Source: Vicinamibacterales bacterium
Lineage (GTDB): Bacteria > Acidobacteriota > Vicinamibacteria > Vicinamibacterales > UBA8438
NCBI GenBank assembly: GCA_965204675.1
Contig: OZ242003.1
Span: 5,901,295-5,965,294 of the forward strand
Length of the DNA stretch: 64,000 bases
Reading direction: 5' to 3'
Part shown: positions 1 to 8,893 of the stretch, piece by piece
Layout of the letters: each line of letters starts with the position of its first letter
Position numbering within the stretch: the stretch's first letter is position 1
Program-made: the position numbers and the translations under genes
The notes under the pieces: generated by a model
What the model was told of the DNA's origin: nothing
Database searches by the model: none
What the model saw: only the letters and a program-made list of their open reading frames with translations

Positions 1-149
1 TGAACGTGATGATCGACACGGAACCGTAGGCACCGCCCGGCGGACCCTGTCGTTCAGCGGCTTCCACGAATACGAGAGTCGGCTCCGGCAGAACCCCCAC
101 GGGCTCGAGCCGCGCGACCGCACCGCCGCGGAGCCGCCGACCTCCTGAG

Positions 150-1301
150 ATGCCGATGATCTACCTGGACCACAACGCGACGACGCCCCTCGCCCCGCGG
201 GTCCTCGACGCGATGCTGCCGTTCCTCACCGATCGCTTCGGCAACGCGGCGAGCCGGCACCACGCCCTGGGCTGCGACGCGGCGACCGCCGTCGAGACCG
301 CACGCGGGCAGGCGGCGTCGGTCATCGGCGCCGATCCGCGGGAGATCGTGTGGACGAGCGGCGCGACCGAGTCGGACAACCTGGCTCTGCAGGGGGTGGC
401 GCACGCGCCGGCGTACGCCAAGAAGCGGCACCTCGTGACGGTGACGACCGAGCACCGCGCCGTCCTCGACACCTGCGAGCAGCTCGAGGGTCAGGGGATC
501 GACGTCACCTACCTGGGCGTCGACGGCGATGGGCGCCTCGATCTGGACCGCCTCGCCGCGGCGATCACCGACCGCACGCTGCTCGTCTCGATCATGCACG
601 CCAACAACGAGACCGGCGTCCTGCACCCCATCGCCCGCATCGGCGCCCTGTGCCGGGAGCGCGGGGTCCTGTTCCACACCGACGCAACCCAGTCGTACGG
701 CAAGGAGCGGATCGACGTGAACGCGATGCACGTCGACCTGCTGAGCGCCAGCGCCCACAAGATCCACGGGCCGAAGGGCGTCGGCATGCTCTTCGTCCGG
801 CGCCGCGGACCCCGGGTGCGGTGCGAGCCCCTGTTGCGCGGCGGCGGACACGAGCGCGGCCTGCGGTCGGGCACCCTCAACGTCCCCGGCATCGTGGGCA
901 TGGGGGCTGCGGCCGCGCTGGGCGCCGAAGACGACGCCGTACGCGCCCTGCGGGACCGCCTGGAGACCGGCTTGCAGTCCCGGTTGGACGGCGTCGAGGT
1001 CAACGGCAGCCGAACCGAGCGCCTCGAGAACACCACGAACCTCAGCTTCTCGGGGGTGGACGGGGCAAAGCTGATGAAGGCGATGCCGGCGCTGGCGGTG
1101 TCGTCGAGCTCCGCCTGCACCAGCGCCGCCCTCCAGCCCAGCTACGTCCTCGGGGCGATGGGCTGCGACGACGCGCGCATCCGCGGCAGCGTCCGCTTCT
1201 CGCTCGGTCGGTTCAACACCGCCGCCGAGATCGAGACCGCCATCGAGACCGTCGCCGCCGCGGTGGCGGCGCTGCGGAGCGGCCCGACCGGGGTCCCGTG
1301 A
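150..1301 (+). CDS. iscS: Cysteine desulfurase (IscS/NifS group I)
   Basis: IYLDHNATTP N-terminus, WTSGATESDN, HANNETG, SASAHKIHGPKG (PLP lysine) and SSSSACTS catalytic Cys loop. Confidence 0.92.
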   Translation: MPMIYLDHNATTPLAPRVLDAMLPFLTDRFGNAASRHHALGCDAATAVETARGQAASVIGADPREIVWTSGATESDNLALQGVAHAPAYAKKRHLVTVTTEHRAVLDTCEQLEGQGIDVTYLGVDGDGRLDLDRLAAAITDRTLLVSIMHANNETGVLHPIARIGALCRERGVLFHTDATQSYGKERIDVNAMHVDLLSASAHKIHGPKGVGMLFVRRRGPRVRCEPLLRGGGHERGLRSGTLNVPGIVGMGAAAALGAEDDAVRALRDRLETGLQSRLDGVEVNGSRTERLENTTNLSFSGVDGAKLMKAMPALAVSSSSACTSAALQPSYVLGAMGCDDARIRGSVRFSLGRFNTAAEIETAIETVAAAVAALRSGPTGVP

Positions 1302-1370
1302 TAGGCTGGCGCGTGCGGCCGCGACGCCGGCACACCGCGAATCGCTGGATGACGAGAGAAGGAGCATGGC

Positions 1371-2066
1371 ATGACCGCCAGACGGCTGCTCGGCGTGGTC
1401 GGACTCGCAATCGTGCTGTGCCTGCCCCTTTCCGCCGGGGCGCAGGAGACGACCCGGGGCTACGCCCCCGCGACGCTCCCGGGCACGATCCCGATCTTTC
1501 CGCTGCCGGACGTCATGCTCTTCCCGGGCGCCACCCGCCCCCTGCACATCTTCGAGGCGCGCTACCGCGAGATGATCGCGGACGCCCTGGAGGGCGACCG
1601 GCTGATCGGGATGGTGATGCTGCAGCCCGGCTACGAGGCCGACTACGAGGGGCGCCCCCCCGTCCATGCCGTCGGCTGCGTCGGGGTCATCGCCGAGGCC
1701 ACCGAGCTTCCGGACGGCCGCTACAACATCCTGCTCGGCGGCCTGACCAAGTTCCGCATCCTGCGCGAGGACGACAGCCGCGCCTACCGGCTGGCCGACA
1801 TCGAGCCCATCAGCGACGCCATCAGCACCGCCGACCGCAACCGGCTGCGCGACGTGCGGGAGGACCTCGCGGCCCTGATTCCCCTCGGCATCCCCGGGCT
1901 ACAAGTGCCGGACGGCCTCGACGACGAGGACCTCGTCAACGGCATCTCGCAGCTCATCGACATCGCCCCCGCCGACCGGCTGGGGCTGCTCGAGCAGCCG
2001 GGGCCGCTGGCCCGGGCGGAAGCGCTCATCGACCTCATCTACATCCGCTCCGCCCTCCGGCAGTGA
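1371..2066 (+). CDS. Stand-alone Lon protease substrate-binding (N-terminal) domain protein with apparent signal peptide
   Basis: IPIFPLPDVMLFPGATRPLHIFEARYREMI, VGCVGVI and LPDGRYNILLGG match the Lon-N domain. There is no AAA or protease domain. The N-terminus is RR plus a hydrophobic stretch plus AGA-Q. RBS GGAG lies upstream. Confidence 0.8.
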   Translation: MTARRLLGVVGLAIVLCLPLSAGAQETTRGYAPATLPGTIPIFPLPDVMLFPGATRPLHIFEARYREMIADALEGDRLIGMVMLQPGYEADYEGRPPVHAVGCVGVIAEATELPDGRYNILLGGLTKFRILREDDSRAYRLADIEPISDAISTADRNRLRDVREDLAALIPLGIPGLQVPDGLDDEDLVNGISQLIDIAPADRLGLLEQPGPLARAEALIDLIYIRSALRQ

Positions 2067-2929
2067 ACGCCGACGACCGTGAGGCCGCTCGTCCACGGTC
2101 GCGCGTCGTTCGCGAGCCTGCCTTGGTGCGTCCAAACGGCGGCGCCGGCGCCGCACCTCGCCCGGCCCTTCGACCGCACCGGCGACCTTCCGCGAAGCTG
2201 TTCGTCTACCTGTGGGCGCCGTTCGCGAACCTGCTCTGGTACGCGCACACTGTGGTCATGGCGAGCCTGTCGTTCCTCATCTGGCCCTTCGACCCGACCG
2301 GCGACCGGCAGTTCTGGTGCGCACGCTGGTGGTGCCGGCTCGTGGCGTGGTCCATCTTCGCCCGCATCCGCGTGCACGGCGCCGAGCGGGTGCGGCGGGA
2401 CCGGAGCTACGTGTACGTGGCGAACCACGCGAGCCTCATCGACACCCCGGCGCTGTTCGCGTACCTGCCGCACCCGTTCCGCATCGTGGCCAAGCGCAGC
2501 CTCTTCTACGTCCCGTTCATGGGCTGGCACCTCTGGACGGCCGGCCACTTCCCGATCGACCGCGGCGATGCGCGCAAGACCGCGCGCAGCCTGCGGCGGG
2601 TCATCGACGGGGTTCGGAACGGCCGGTCGCTGGCCGGGTTCCCCGAGGGCACGCGGACCCGCGACGGCCGTCTCCAGACGTTCCAGCCGGGCCTCTTCCG
2701 CATCGCCCTCAAGGCCGGCGTGCCCGTCGTCCCCGTCACCATCCTGGGCACGTTCGCCCTCCTGCCCCGGACGACGCTGGCCCCGCGGCCCGGCGCGGTC
2801 GACGTGATCGTCGGACAACCGATCGCCACCTCCGACTACCGCGAGCGGGGGGTGGACCGATTGATCGACCGCACCCGGGCGGTGATGCAGCAGACGCTCG
2901 AAGCGGGTCCGCCCGGCCGGCGCGGGTGA
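2063..2929 (+). CDS. plsC: 1-acyl-sn-glycerol-3-phosphate acyltransferase
   Basis: VANHASLID (HX4D), FPIDRG and FPEGTRT motifs in the 3' part of ORF 350..2929. The GTG start overlapping the upstream TGA is inferred. Confidence 0.85.
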   Translation: MNADDREAARPRSRVVREPALVRPNGGAGAAPRPALRPHRRPSAKLFVYLWAPFANLLWYAHTVVMASLSFLIWPFDPTGDRQFWCARWWCRLVAWSIFARIRVHGAERVRRDRSYVYVANHASLIDTPALFAYLPHPFRIVAKRSLFYVPFMGWHLWTAGHFPIDRGDARKTARSLRRVIDGVRNGRSLAGFPEGTRTRDGRLQTFQPGLFRIALKAGVPVVPVTILGTFALLPRTTLAPRPGAVDVIVGQPIATSDYRERGVDRLIDRTRAVMQQTLEAGPPGRRG

Positions 2930-2999
2930 GGGCGTCGATGACGGGCGCGGGCGCCGGAGTGTCGGAACGTCGCCACGCGCCGGGTCGGAGCGGCCGGGC

Positions 3000-3028
3000 T
3001 TGCCAATCCCCCGTACAACGGGTAGCCT
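3000..3028 (+). promoter_or_regulatory. Possible sigma70-type promoter of the DUF411 gene, with a palindrome in the spacer
   Basis: TTGCCA-17 nt-TAGCCT. The spacer contains the inverted repeat CCCGT-aca-ACGGG. Confidence 0.4.
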
Positions 3029-3057
3029 GATACCGCGACAACCACGAAGGAGCCTTC

Positions 3058-3513
3058 ATGCGCACGCTGCTCGCCGTTCTCTCGTTGCTGGTGGTCGGCC
3101 TCGGGGTCCACACCGCGGTGCAGACCCAGGAGCCGGTCATCGAGGTCTACAAGTCACCCACCTGAGGGTGCTGCGTGGGATGGGTCTTGCATCTCAAGGA
3201 AGCGGGTTTCAACGTAAAGACGACCGACGTGCCTGACGTGACGCCGCTCAAGCAGGAGAAGGGGATTCCGCAGCGGCTCTTCTCGTGCCACACCGGCCTC
3301 GTCGACGGCTACGTCATCGAGGGTCACGTGCCGGCCGAGGACATCCGCCGGCTGCTCGACGAGCGCCCCGACGTCGCGGGCATCTCGGTGCCGGGCATGC
3401 CCGTCGGATCGCCGGGCATGGAGGGGCCCAAGTCCCTCTACCGGGAGTACCCGGTGATCTCGTTCACCGACGACGGCGAGCTGGCGCTCTACAACACCCA
3501 CATGCCGCAATAG
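3058..3513 (+). CDS. DUF411 (CopG-like metal-binding) protein, probable selenoprotein (in-frame TGA 3163-3165)
   Basis: RBS GAAGGAG, ATG at 3058 and a signal peptide, then EVYKSPT-TGA-GCCVGW continuing in frame into SCHT, YVIEGHVPAEDIRRLL and VPGMPVGSPGME. The family motif is YKSPTCGCC. Confidence 0.82.
3177..3195 (+). promoter_or_regulatory. Candidate bacterial SECIS element
   Basis: Stem GGGAUG/CAUCUC (6 bp, one G-U) closes loop GGUCUUG. GGUCU starts 17 nt after the UGA, compared with 18 nt in the E. coli fdhF SECIS (GCAGGUCUGC). Confidence 0.6.
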
Positions 3514-3722
3514 CGGCGGCCGCGGACCGGAGCTGCGCGCCCTCGGGGAAGCCATGGTGAAGCACCGTTCCTCGAGGGCGCGTTTCCTTGTACGCATCGT
3601 ACGCATCCGGCGCGTCGCCGCGCGGGACGCCGCCCGCGTCAGCCGTTCGCGCCCCGGCCGCCGACGCCCTCGTCCCGCCGCCGGGTGGCGGCTGCCGGCC
3701 GCCGTCTCCTGACGAGGGCGGA

Positions 3723-4166
3723 ATGCCCCGGCACCCGTATCCGCCCGGCGACCGACCATCGCAACAGGCGGCGGCCATCCCTTTCAGGTTCCGCGAAGGC
3801 GAAGTGGAGATCTGCCTGATCACGACCGTCAGGGCCGGCCGATGGACCGTTCCCAAGGGGTTCATCGATCCCGGGGAGACCGCGCCGGAGACCGCGGTCA
3901 AGGAGGCTCGCGAGGAAGCGGGCCTTCACGGGCGTGTCGCGGGCGGCCCGGTCGGTTACTATGACATCGCCAAGGAGGGCGGTCGCTACCGCGTCGCCGC
4001 CTACCTGATGCACGTCGACCGGGTGGACGACGCCTGGGAGGAGCAATCGGTCCGGAAGCGGCGCTGGACCACGGTTCGTCAGGCGGAGGAACTGCTTGCC
4101 GGCCGGCCCATCGAGGCCGTGTTCCGGCGGGCGCTGACCCAAATCACCAGCAAGGAGCCATCATGA
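3723..4166 (+). CDS. NUDIX hydrolase
   Basis: QAAAIPFR, WTVPKG and the Nudix box GETAPETAVKEAREEAGL. Confidence 0.85.
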   Translation: MPRHPYPPGDRPSQQAAAIPFRFREGEVEICLITTVRAGRWTVPKGFIDPGETAPETAVKEAREEAGLHGRVAGGPVGYYDIAKEGGRYRVAAYLMHVDRVDDAWEEQSVRKRRWTTVRQAEELLAGRPIEAVFRRALTQITSKEPS

Positions 4167-4603
4167 CCATCAAGACCCGCCATCTCGTCGTCTTCGTCAC
4201 CGCGGTGTTCGTCGCCGGCTTCGCGGCCGGAACGCTGTGGCAGGCCGACACCGCCGTCCACGCCCAGGGCGACAAGGTCTTCGAGCTGAGGACGTACACC
4301 GCCCCGGAGGGCAAGCTGCCGAACCTGGAGGCCCGGTTCCGCGACCACACGACGCGGATCTTCGAGAAGCACGGCATGAGCAACGTGGGCTACTGGGTGC
4401 CGCAGGACGCCCCCGCCTCGGACAACACGCTCATCTACATCATCTCGCACGACAGCCGCGAGCAGGCGGCGGAGAACTGGGACAGCTTCCGCGCCGACCC
4501 CGAGTGGCAGGAGGTGTCCCGCGCGTCGCAGGTCGACGGCCGCATCGTGAGCGGCGTCGAGGCGGTGTTCATGGACGCGACCGACTACTCGCCGCTGAAG
4601 TAG
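4163..4603 (+). CDS. NIPSNAP family protein, exported
   Basis: VFELRTY, RFRDHT, NTLIYI and WDSFRADPEW motifs; signal peptide; ATGA overlap with the NUDIX gene. Confidence 0.85.
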   Translation: MTIKTRHLVVFVTAVFVAGFAAGTLWQADTAVHAQGDKVFELRTYTAPEGKLPNLEARFRDHTTRIFEKHGMSNVGYWVPQDAPASDNTLIYIISHDSREQAAENWDSFRADPEWQEVSRASQVDGRIVSGVEAVFMDATDYSPLK

Positions 4604-4690
4604 CCCGCCGGCGTCGCCCCTGCGGCTCGTGGCCGCGCAACCGACCCGCCGGGAGCCCGCGCCCCTTCACCGGCGCGGGCTCCCGGCCGG
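4601..4690 (+). repeat. Structured intergenic element, copy 1 (diverged)
   Basis: Starts at the TAG stop. Leader GCGTCGCC..CGGCTC..CCGC.CAACCGACCC. Perfect 15-bp inverted repeat 4649-4663/4672-4686. Homologous to 13797-13887 and 36108-36198. Confidence 0.7.
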
Positions 4691-4709
4691 GATCACCCCG
4701 GGGAGAACC

Positions 4710-4985
4710 GTGAGCGAGGCGGACGGATACGTCGTCATCACCATCGTGCAGGGCCAGTTCGTCGAGGCCCAGATCAAGGCGTTCCTCGAGGCCCACGGCA
4801 TTCCCTGCCAGCTTCGCGGCGAGGCCCTGCGGGTGACCCACGCCATCTCCGTCGACGGCATCGGCGCGGCCGAGGTGCTGGTGCCGGCGGACCGGGCCGA
4901 GGAGGCGCGCGACCTCCTGGCGCGGGCCGACCGCGGCGAGCTCGCCATAGACGATCCACCGGCGGAACCGCCCGCCGAGTCCTGA
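4710..4985 (+). CDS. DUF2007 (putative signal-transducing) protein
   Basis: EAQIKAFLEAHGIPC and EVLVPADRAEEARDLL pattern; GTG start after GGAG. Confidence 0.7.
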   Translation: MSEADGYVVITIVQGQFVEAQIKAFLEAHGIPCQLRGEALRVTHAISVDGIGAAEVLVPADRAEEARDLLARADRGELAIDDPPAEPPAES

Positions 4986-4994
4986 CCGCGACCG

Positions 4995-5696
4995 ATGAAC
5001 GAATCCGTCCAGCTCATCCCCCTGACCCGGCTCGCCCTCGCGTTCCTGCCCGTCCTCGCCGTCCTCGTCATCATCCACCGCTGGTCGCTGGGTACCCGCA
5101 CCGCGGTGGTCGCGGTGCTGCGCATGGTCACCCAGCTTCTGCTGGTGGGCTACGTGCTGACGTTCATCTTCGGGTCGGAGCGGGCGATGGTGACCCTCGC
5201 GGTGGTCGGCGTGATGCTCGCCGTGGCCGGCTGGATCGCGCTGCGTCCGCTGGGAGACGAACGGGCGGGCCGTTATCCGACGGTGCTCGCGGCCATCGGC
5301 CTCGGCGCCCTGACGGTGCTGGCCCTGGTGACCCAGGGCGTGCTCGGCGCGAGCCCCTGGCACGACGCCAGCGTGGTCGTCCCCCTCGCCGGCATGATCA
5401 TCGCCAACTCGATGAACACCGTCAGCCTCGCGGCCGAACGGTTTCAGGCCGAGCGCCGGCGCGGCGCCGCCTACCCCGAGGCGCGGCACGCGGCCATGAG
5501 CACGGCCCTCATTCCGATGACCAACTCGCTGCTCGCGGTGGGCCTGGTGTCGCTGCCGGGGATGATGACCGGCCAGATCCTGTCCGGCGTCGCCCCCCTC
5601 GTGGCGGTGCGCTACCAGGTCCTCGTGATGTGCATGATCTTCGGGTCGGCGGGCCTGGCCACGAGCTGCTACCTCGTGCTGCAGCGACCCCGCTGA
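4995..5696 (+). CDS. UPF0014/FetB-like ABC transporter permease
   Basis: RMVTQLLLVGYVL, PLAGMIIANSM, GLVSLPGMMTGQILSG and AVRYQ motifs. Confidence 0.82.
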   Translation: MNESVQLIPLTRLALAFLPVLAVLVIIHRWSLGTRTAVVAVLRMVTQLLLVGYVLTFIFGSERAMVTLAVVGVMLAVAGWIALRPLGDERAGRYPTVLAAIGLGALTVLALVTQGVLGASPWHDASVVVPLAGMIIANSMNTVSLAAERFQAERRRGAAYPEARHAAMSTALIPMTNSLLAVGLVSLPGMMTGQILSGVAPLVAVRYQVLVMCMIFGSAGLATSCYLVLQRPR

Positions 5697-5732
5697 CGCC
5701 GCCGCTGGGTGGGCGCTGCCCGGCAACGCAAC

Positions 5733-5827
5733 TCGACGGCGCGGTCGGCCGCCGGCGGAGCCGCCGGGTCCGTCGCCAGCGTCTCGAAGAAGCCGGCCGA
5801 GACGAAGTGGCAGTGGGGTCGTCGAGC
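5733..5827 (-). pseudogene. Relic copy of the 5' end of the amidohydrolase gene
   Basis: Aligns to 9726-9821. Encodes [24 protein letters not shown] versus [24 protein letters not shown] in the intact gene. Confidence 0.8.
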
Positions 5828-6105
5828 CGCCCGGCGGGGCCCTGCCCAGGTGACGAGCGTCGCCGCAATGTCCGGCGAGTTCCGGCGATGCCGATGCGGG
5901 GCGCCTCGGAGTCGACGCGCATCGACGCGCATCGGCACGCCCCCGAACCCGCAACCCCGTCCAGCCCACGCCGCCCTGTCCTTGTTTACCGAGAGGAACA
6001 GTGCCACAATACACGGTAACCGAGAGGATCGGGACCATCGAGGCAACCATCGGGTGACCGGACCGTCGTACCTTGCACGGGACGGCTGACTGACGGAGGA
6101 GGGTC

Positions 6106-8787
6106 ATGCCTTTCGAGCGATGGCTGTACGCATGGCGGGTCCGCTCGCGGATGCTCCTCGACCGTGATCGGGTCGACCGGGAGCTGGACGACGAGCTGCG
6201 ACACCACGTCGCGCTCGACACCGAGGCCCGGCGCGCGCAGGGCGTCCCCCCGATGGAAGCGCGCCGCCAGGCGCTGGCGACCCTCGGCGGGCTGGAGTCG
6301 GCCCGCAACCACGTTCGCGAGGCGCGTTTCGGGGCGGCGCTCGAGCACGTGCTCCAGGACGTGCGCTACGCCCTGCGGGTCCTGCGGCGGAACCCGGGCT
6401 TCACCGCCACCACCGTCCTCACCCTGAACCTGGCCATCAGCGCCACCACCGCGACCTTCTCGGTGGTGGACGCGGTGCTCCTCCAGCCGCCGTCCTTTCC
6501 CGAGCCGGACCGTCTCGTCACGCTGTGGGAGACCGACCCGGAAAACGGCAACCGGCCGACCGGGGTCGCCTCCGCGAACTTCCTCGACTGGCGCGAGCAG
6601 GCGACGAGCTTCGAGGGCGTAGCGGCCCTCGACCCGTGGTCGGTCGACCTCACCGGCGCCGACACGCCCGAGGTGCTCTACGGGTGGCAGGTCACCGAGG
6701 GCTTCTTCGAGACGCTCGGGGCCGGCGCCGCCCGAGGCCGGACGTTCCTGCCCGACGAGCACCGTCCGGGCAGCGGCGTCGTCGTCCTGACCGACGGGCT
6801 GTGGCAACGCCGCTTCGGCGGCGACCCCGGCATCCTCGGCCGTTCGCTGGTGCTGGACGGCGAGCCGCACACGGTGGTGGGGGTGCTCGCCCCGAGCTTC
6901 GAGCTCCGCCTCGAGGGCGGCCGCGGCGACCGCGACTTCTTCCTGCCCAAGGCCATCGCCGAGTACGAGACGTTCATACGCGCCGGCGGCTGGTGGCCGG
7001 TGGTGGGACGGATGCGCCCCGACGTCACCCTCGCGGAGGCGCAGGCCGAGCTGGACGCCGTCGCCGCCCGGCTCGCCGCCGACCATCCACGCACCAACGC
7101 GGGGGTCGGGGCGCGGGTCATCCCGCTGCAGACCCGCCAGGTCGAAGGGGTGCGGCCGGTGCTGCTGCTGCTGTGGGGCGCGGTGGTCTTCGTCCTCCTC
7201 ATCGCCTGCGTGAACGTCGCCAACCTCATGCTGGCCCGCTACGCCCGGCGCCAGCAGGAGTTCGCGGTCCGCGCGGCGGTGGGCGGCGGGCCCGCGCGCC
7301 TGCTGCGCCAGCTCCTGACCGAGAGCGTGGTGCTCGCGGCCCTCGGGGGGCTGGGCGGCCTGGCGGCCACGGCCTACGCGCTCGATCTGCTGGTGGCGAT
7401 CATCCCCGCCGACGTCCCGCGCCTCGCGCGGATCGCGGTGAACGAACGGGTCCTGGGGTTCACCGCCGGCCTCGTCGTCCTGACCGCCCTGGGGTTCGGG
7501 TGCGCGCCCGCCGTCCGGATACTCCGGCAGGACGTCAACAGCTCCCTCGGCCGGGGTGGGCGCCGCGCCGGCGACACCGTGGGCCAGCAGCGGCTGCGCC
7601 GCCTACTGGTGGCGGCCGAGGTCGCCCTCGCCCTGGTGCTGCTGGCCGGCGCGGGCCTGCTGCTGCAGAGCTTCGTGCGGCTGGTGAACGTGGACCTGGG
7701 GTTCGCCCCCGGGAACGCCGCGACCCTGCAGGCGTTCCACTATGCCGACGACGGCACCGGCGTCGAGGCCACCCCCAACTTCTTCCGTGACACCCTCGAA
7801 GGCATCCGCGCCCTCCCCGGCGTCACCGCGGCCGGCGCCACCTCGGCGTTCCCGCTCGGCCTCGCCGACATGACCATCCGGAGCCCCCTGACCCTGCACG
7901 ACCGGCCGCCGCCCCCGCCCGGCGAGGAGCCGACGACGACCGTCTCCATGGCCACGCCGGGCTACCTGGACGCGATGCGCATCCCCCTGCGGGCCGGACG
8001 CTGGTTCGACGAGCGCGACGACGCCGGGGGGCCCGCCGTCGCCGTCGTCAACGAGACGCTGGCGCGGCAGCACTGGCCGGACGCGGATCCGATTACGCGC
8101 CGGGTGGCCGTGCGGCTCTCGAGGGGACAGGCGTTCACGGGGGACTTCGAGGTGGAGATCGTCGGGGTCGTCGGCGCGATGCGTCCGCGGGGCTTCGACA
8201 GCCCCCCGAGCCCCGAGCTGTTCCTCCCCCACGCGCAGGCGCCGAACGGCGCGATGACCTACGTCGTTCGCACGGCGGGGAATCCCGCGGCGAGCATCCC
8301 CGCCATCCAGGACGCCGTCTGGACCGTCGCGCCGGACCTCGCCTTCTACAGCGTCTCGACCGTCGACGCGCTCCTGGCGAGGACGCTCGCGACGCGGCGG
8401 TTCACGACGACGCTGCTCGCGCTCTTCGGCGTGGCCGCCCTGACGCTGGCCGGCCTCGGCATCTACGGGGTGATCGCGGTCGCCACGGCCCAGCGCACCC
8501 GCGAGATCGGCCTGCGCATGGCGATGGGAGCGCAGCCGCGGAACATCACGTGGATGGTCGTCCGCGGCGCCGTCGGTCTCGCCGCCTCCGGGGTGGTGAT
8601 CGGGCTGCTCGCGTCGCTGCTGTTCTCGCAGACGCTCACGAGCCTGCTCTTCGACGTCACGCCGTTCGACGCCGCGACGCTGGCCGGGGTGTCGCTGCTG
8701 CTGCTCGCGCTGGCCGCGGCCGCCGCCTGGTCCCCGGCCCGGCGCGCCAGCCGGGTGGATCCGCTCGTCGCGCTTCGCACGGAGTAA
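6106..8787 (+). CDS. ADOP-type duplicated MacB/FtsX ABC permease (orphan)
   Basis: ELDDELRHH N-terminal domain, QDVRYALRVLRRNPGF, two MacB-PCD/FtsX repeats and ARRASRVDPLVALRTE C-terminus. Confidence 0.9.
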   Translation: MPFERWLYAWRVRSRMLLDRDRVDRELDDELRHHVALDTEARRAQGVPPMEARRQALATLGGLESARNHVREARFGAALEHVLQDVRYALRVLRRNPGFTATTVLTLNLAISATTATFSVVDAVLLQPPSFPEPDRLVTLWETDPENGNRPTGVASANFLDWREQATSFEGVAALDPWSVDLTGADTPEVLYGWQVTEGFFETLGAGAARGRTFLPDEHRPGSGVVVLTDGLWQRRFGGDPGILGRSLVLDGEPHTVVGVLAPSFELRLEGGRGDRDFFLPKAIAEYETFIRAGGWWPVVGRMRPDVTLAEAQAELDAVAARLAADHPRTNAGVGARVIPLQTRQVEGVRPVLLLLWGAVVFVLLIACVNVANLMLARYARRQQEFAVRAAVGGGPARLLRQLLTESVVLAALGGLGGLAATAYALDLLVAIIPADVPRLARIAVNERVLGFTAGLVVLTALGFGCAPAVRILRQDVNSSLGRGGRRAGDTVGQQRLRRLLVAAEVALALVLLAGAGLLLQSFVRLVNVDLGFAPGNAATLQAFHYADDGTGVEATPNFFRDTLEGIRALPGVTAAGATSAFPLGLADMTIRSPLTLHDRPPPPPGEEPTTTVSMATPGYLDAMRIPLRAGRWFDERDDAGGPAVAVVNETLARQHWPDADPITRRVAVRLSRGQAFTGDFEVEIVGVVGAMRPRGFDSPPSPELFLPHAQAPNGAMTYVVRTAGNPAASIPAIQDAVWTVAPDLAFYSVSTVDALLARTLATRRFTTTLLALFGVAALTLAGLGIYGVIAVATAQRTREIGLRMAMGAQPRNITWMVVRGAVGLAASGVVIGLLASLLFSQTLTSLLFDVTPFDAATLAGVSLLLLALAAAAAWSPARRASRVDPLVALRTE

Positions 8788-8893
8788 CGGTCACCGCCGT
8801 GCCGAACACCGACGACCCGTTCCCCACGCCGGACGGATGCACGGGATCTACGACCGGTTGGTCGAGCGCGACGGCCGGGTCGCGGCCCCCTGA

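Noticed and set aside
350-2062. Apparent 859-aa protein fusing upstream sequence to PlsC
   Set aside because: The N-terminal 570 residues are an off-frame overlap of iscS and the Lon-N gene. Only the part from ~2063 is PlsC-like. The same applies to the extended ORFs over ptrB, the gluconolactonase and the AAA ATPase.
3163-3165. Reading the DUF411 TGA as a simple nonsense mutation
   Set aside because: Not preferred because the TGA falls exactly on a motif Cys, the rest of the gene is intact and a SECIS-like hairpin follows. It cannot be fully excluded without the sel genes.
3536-3582. Hairpin after the DUF411 gene as an ncRNA
   Set aside because: Single copy, with no recognisable family or covariation evidence. 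It is most simply a stability or termination hairpin.
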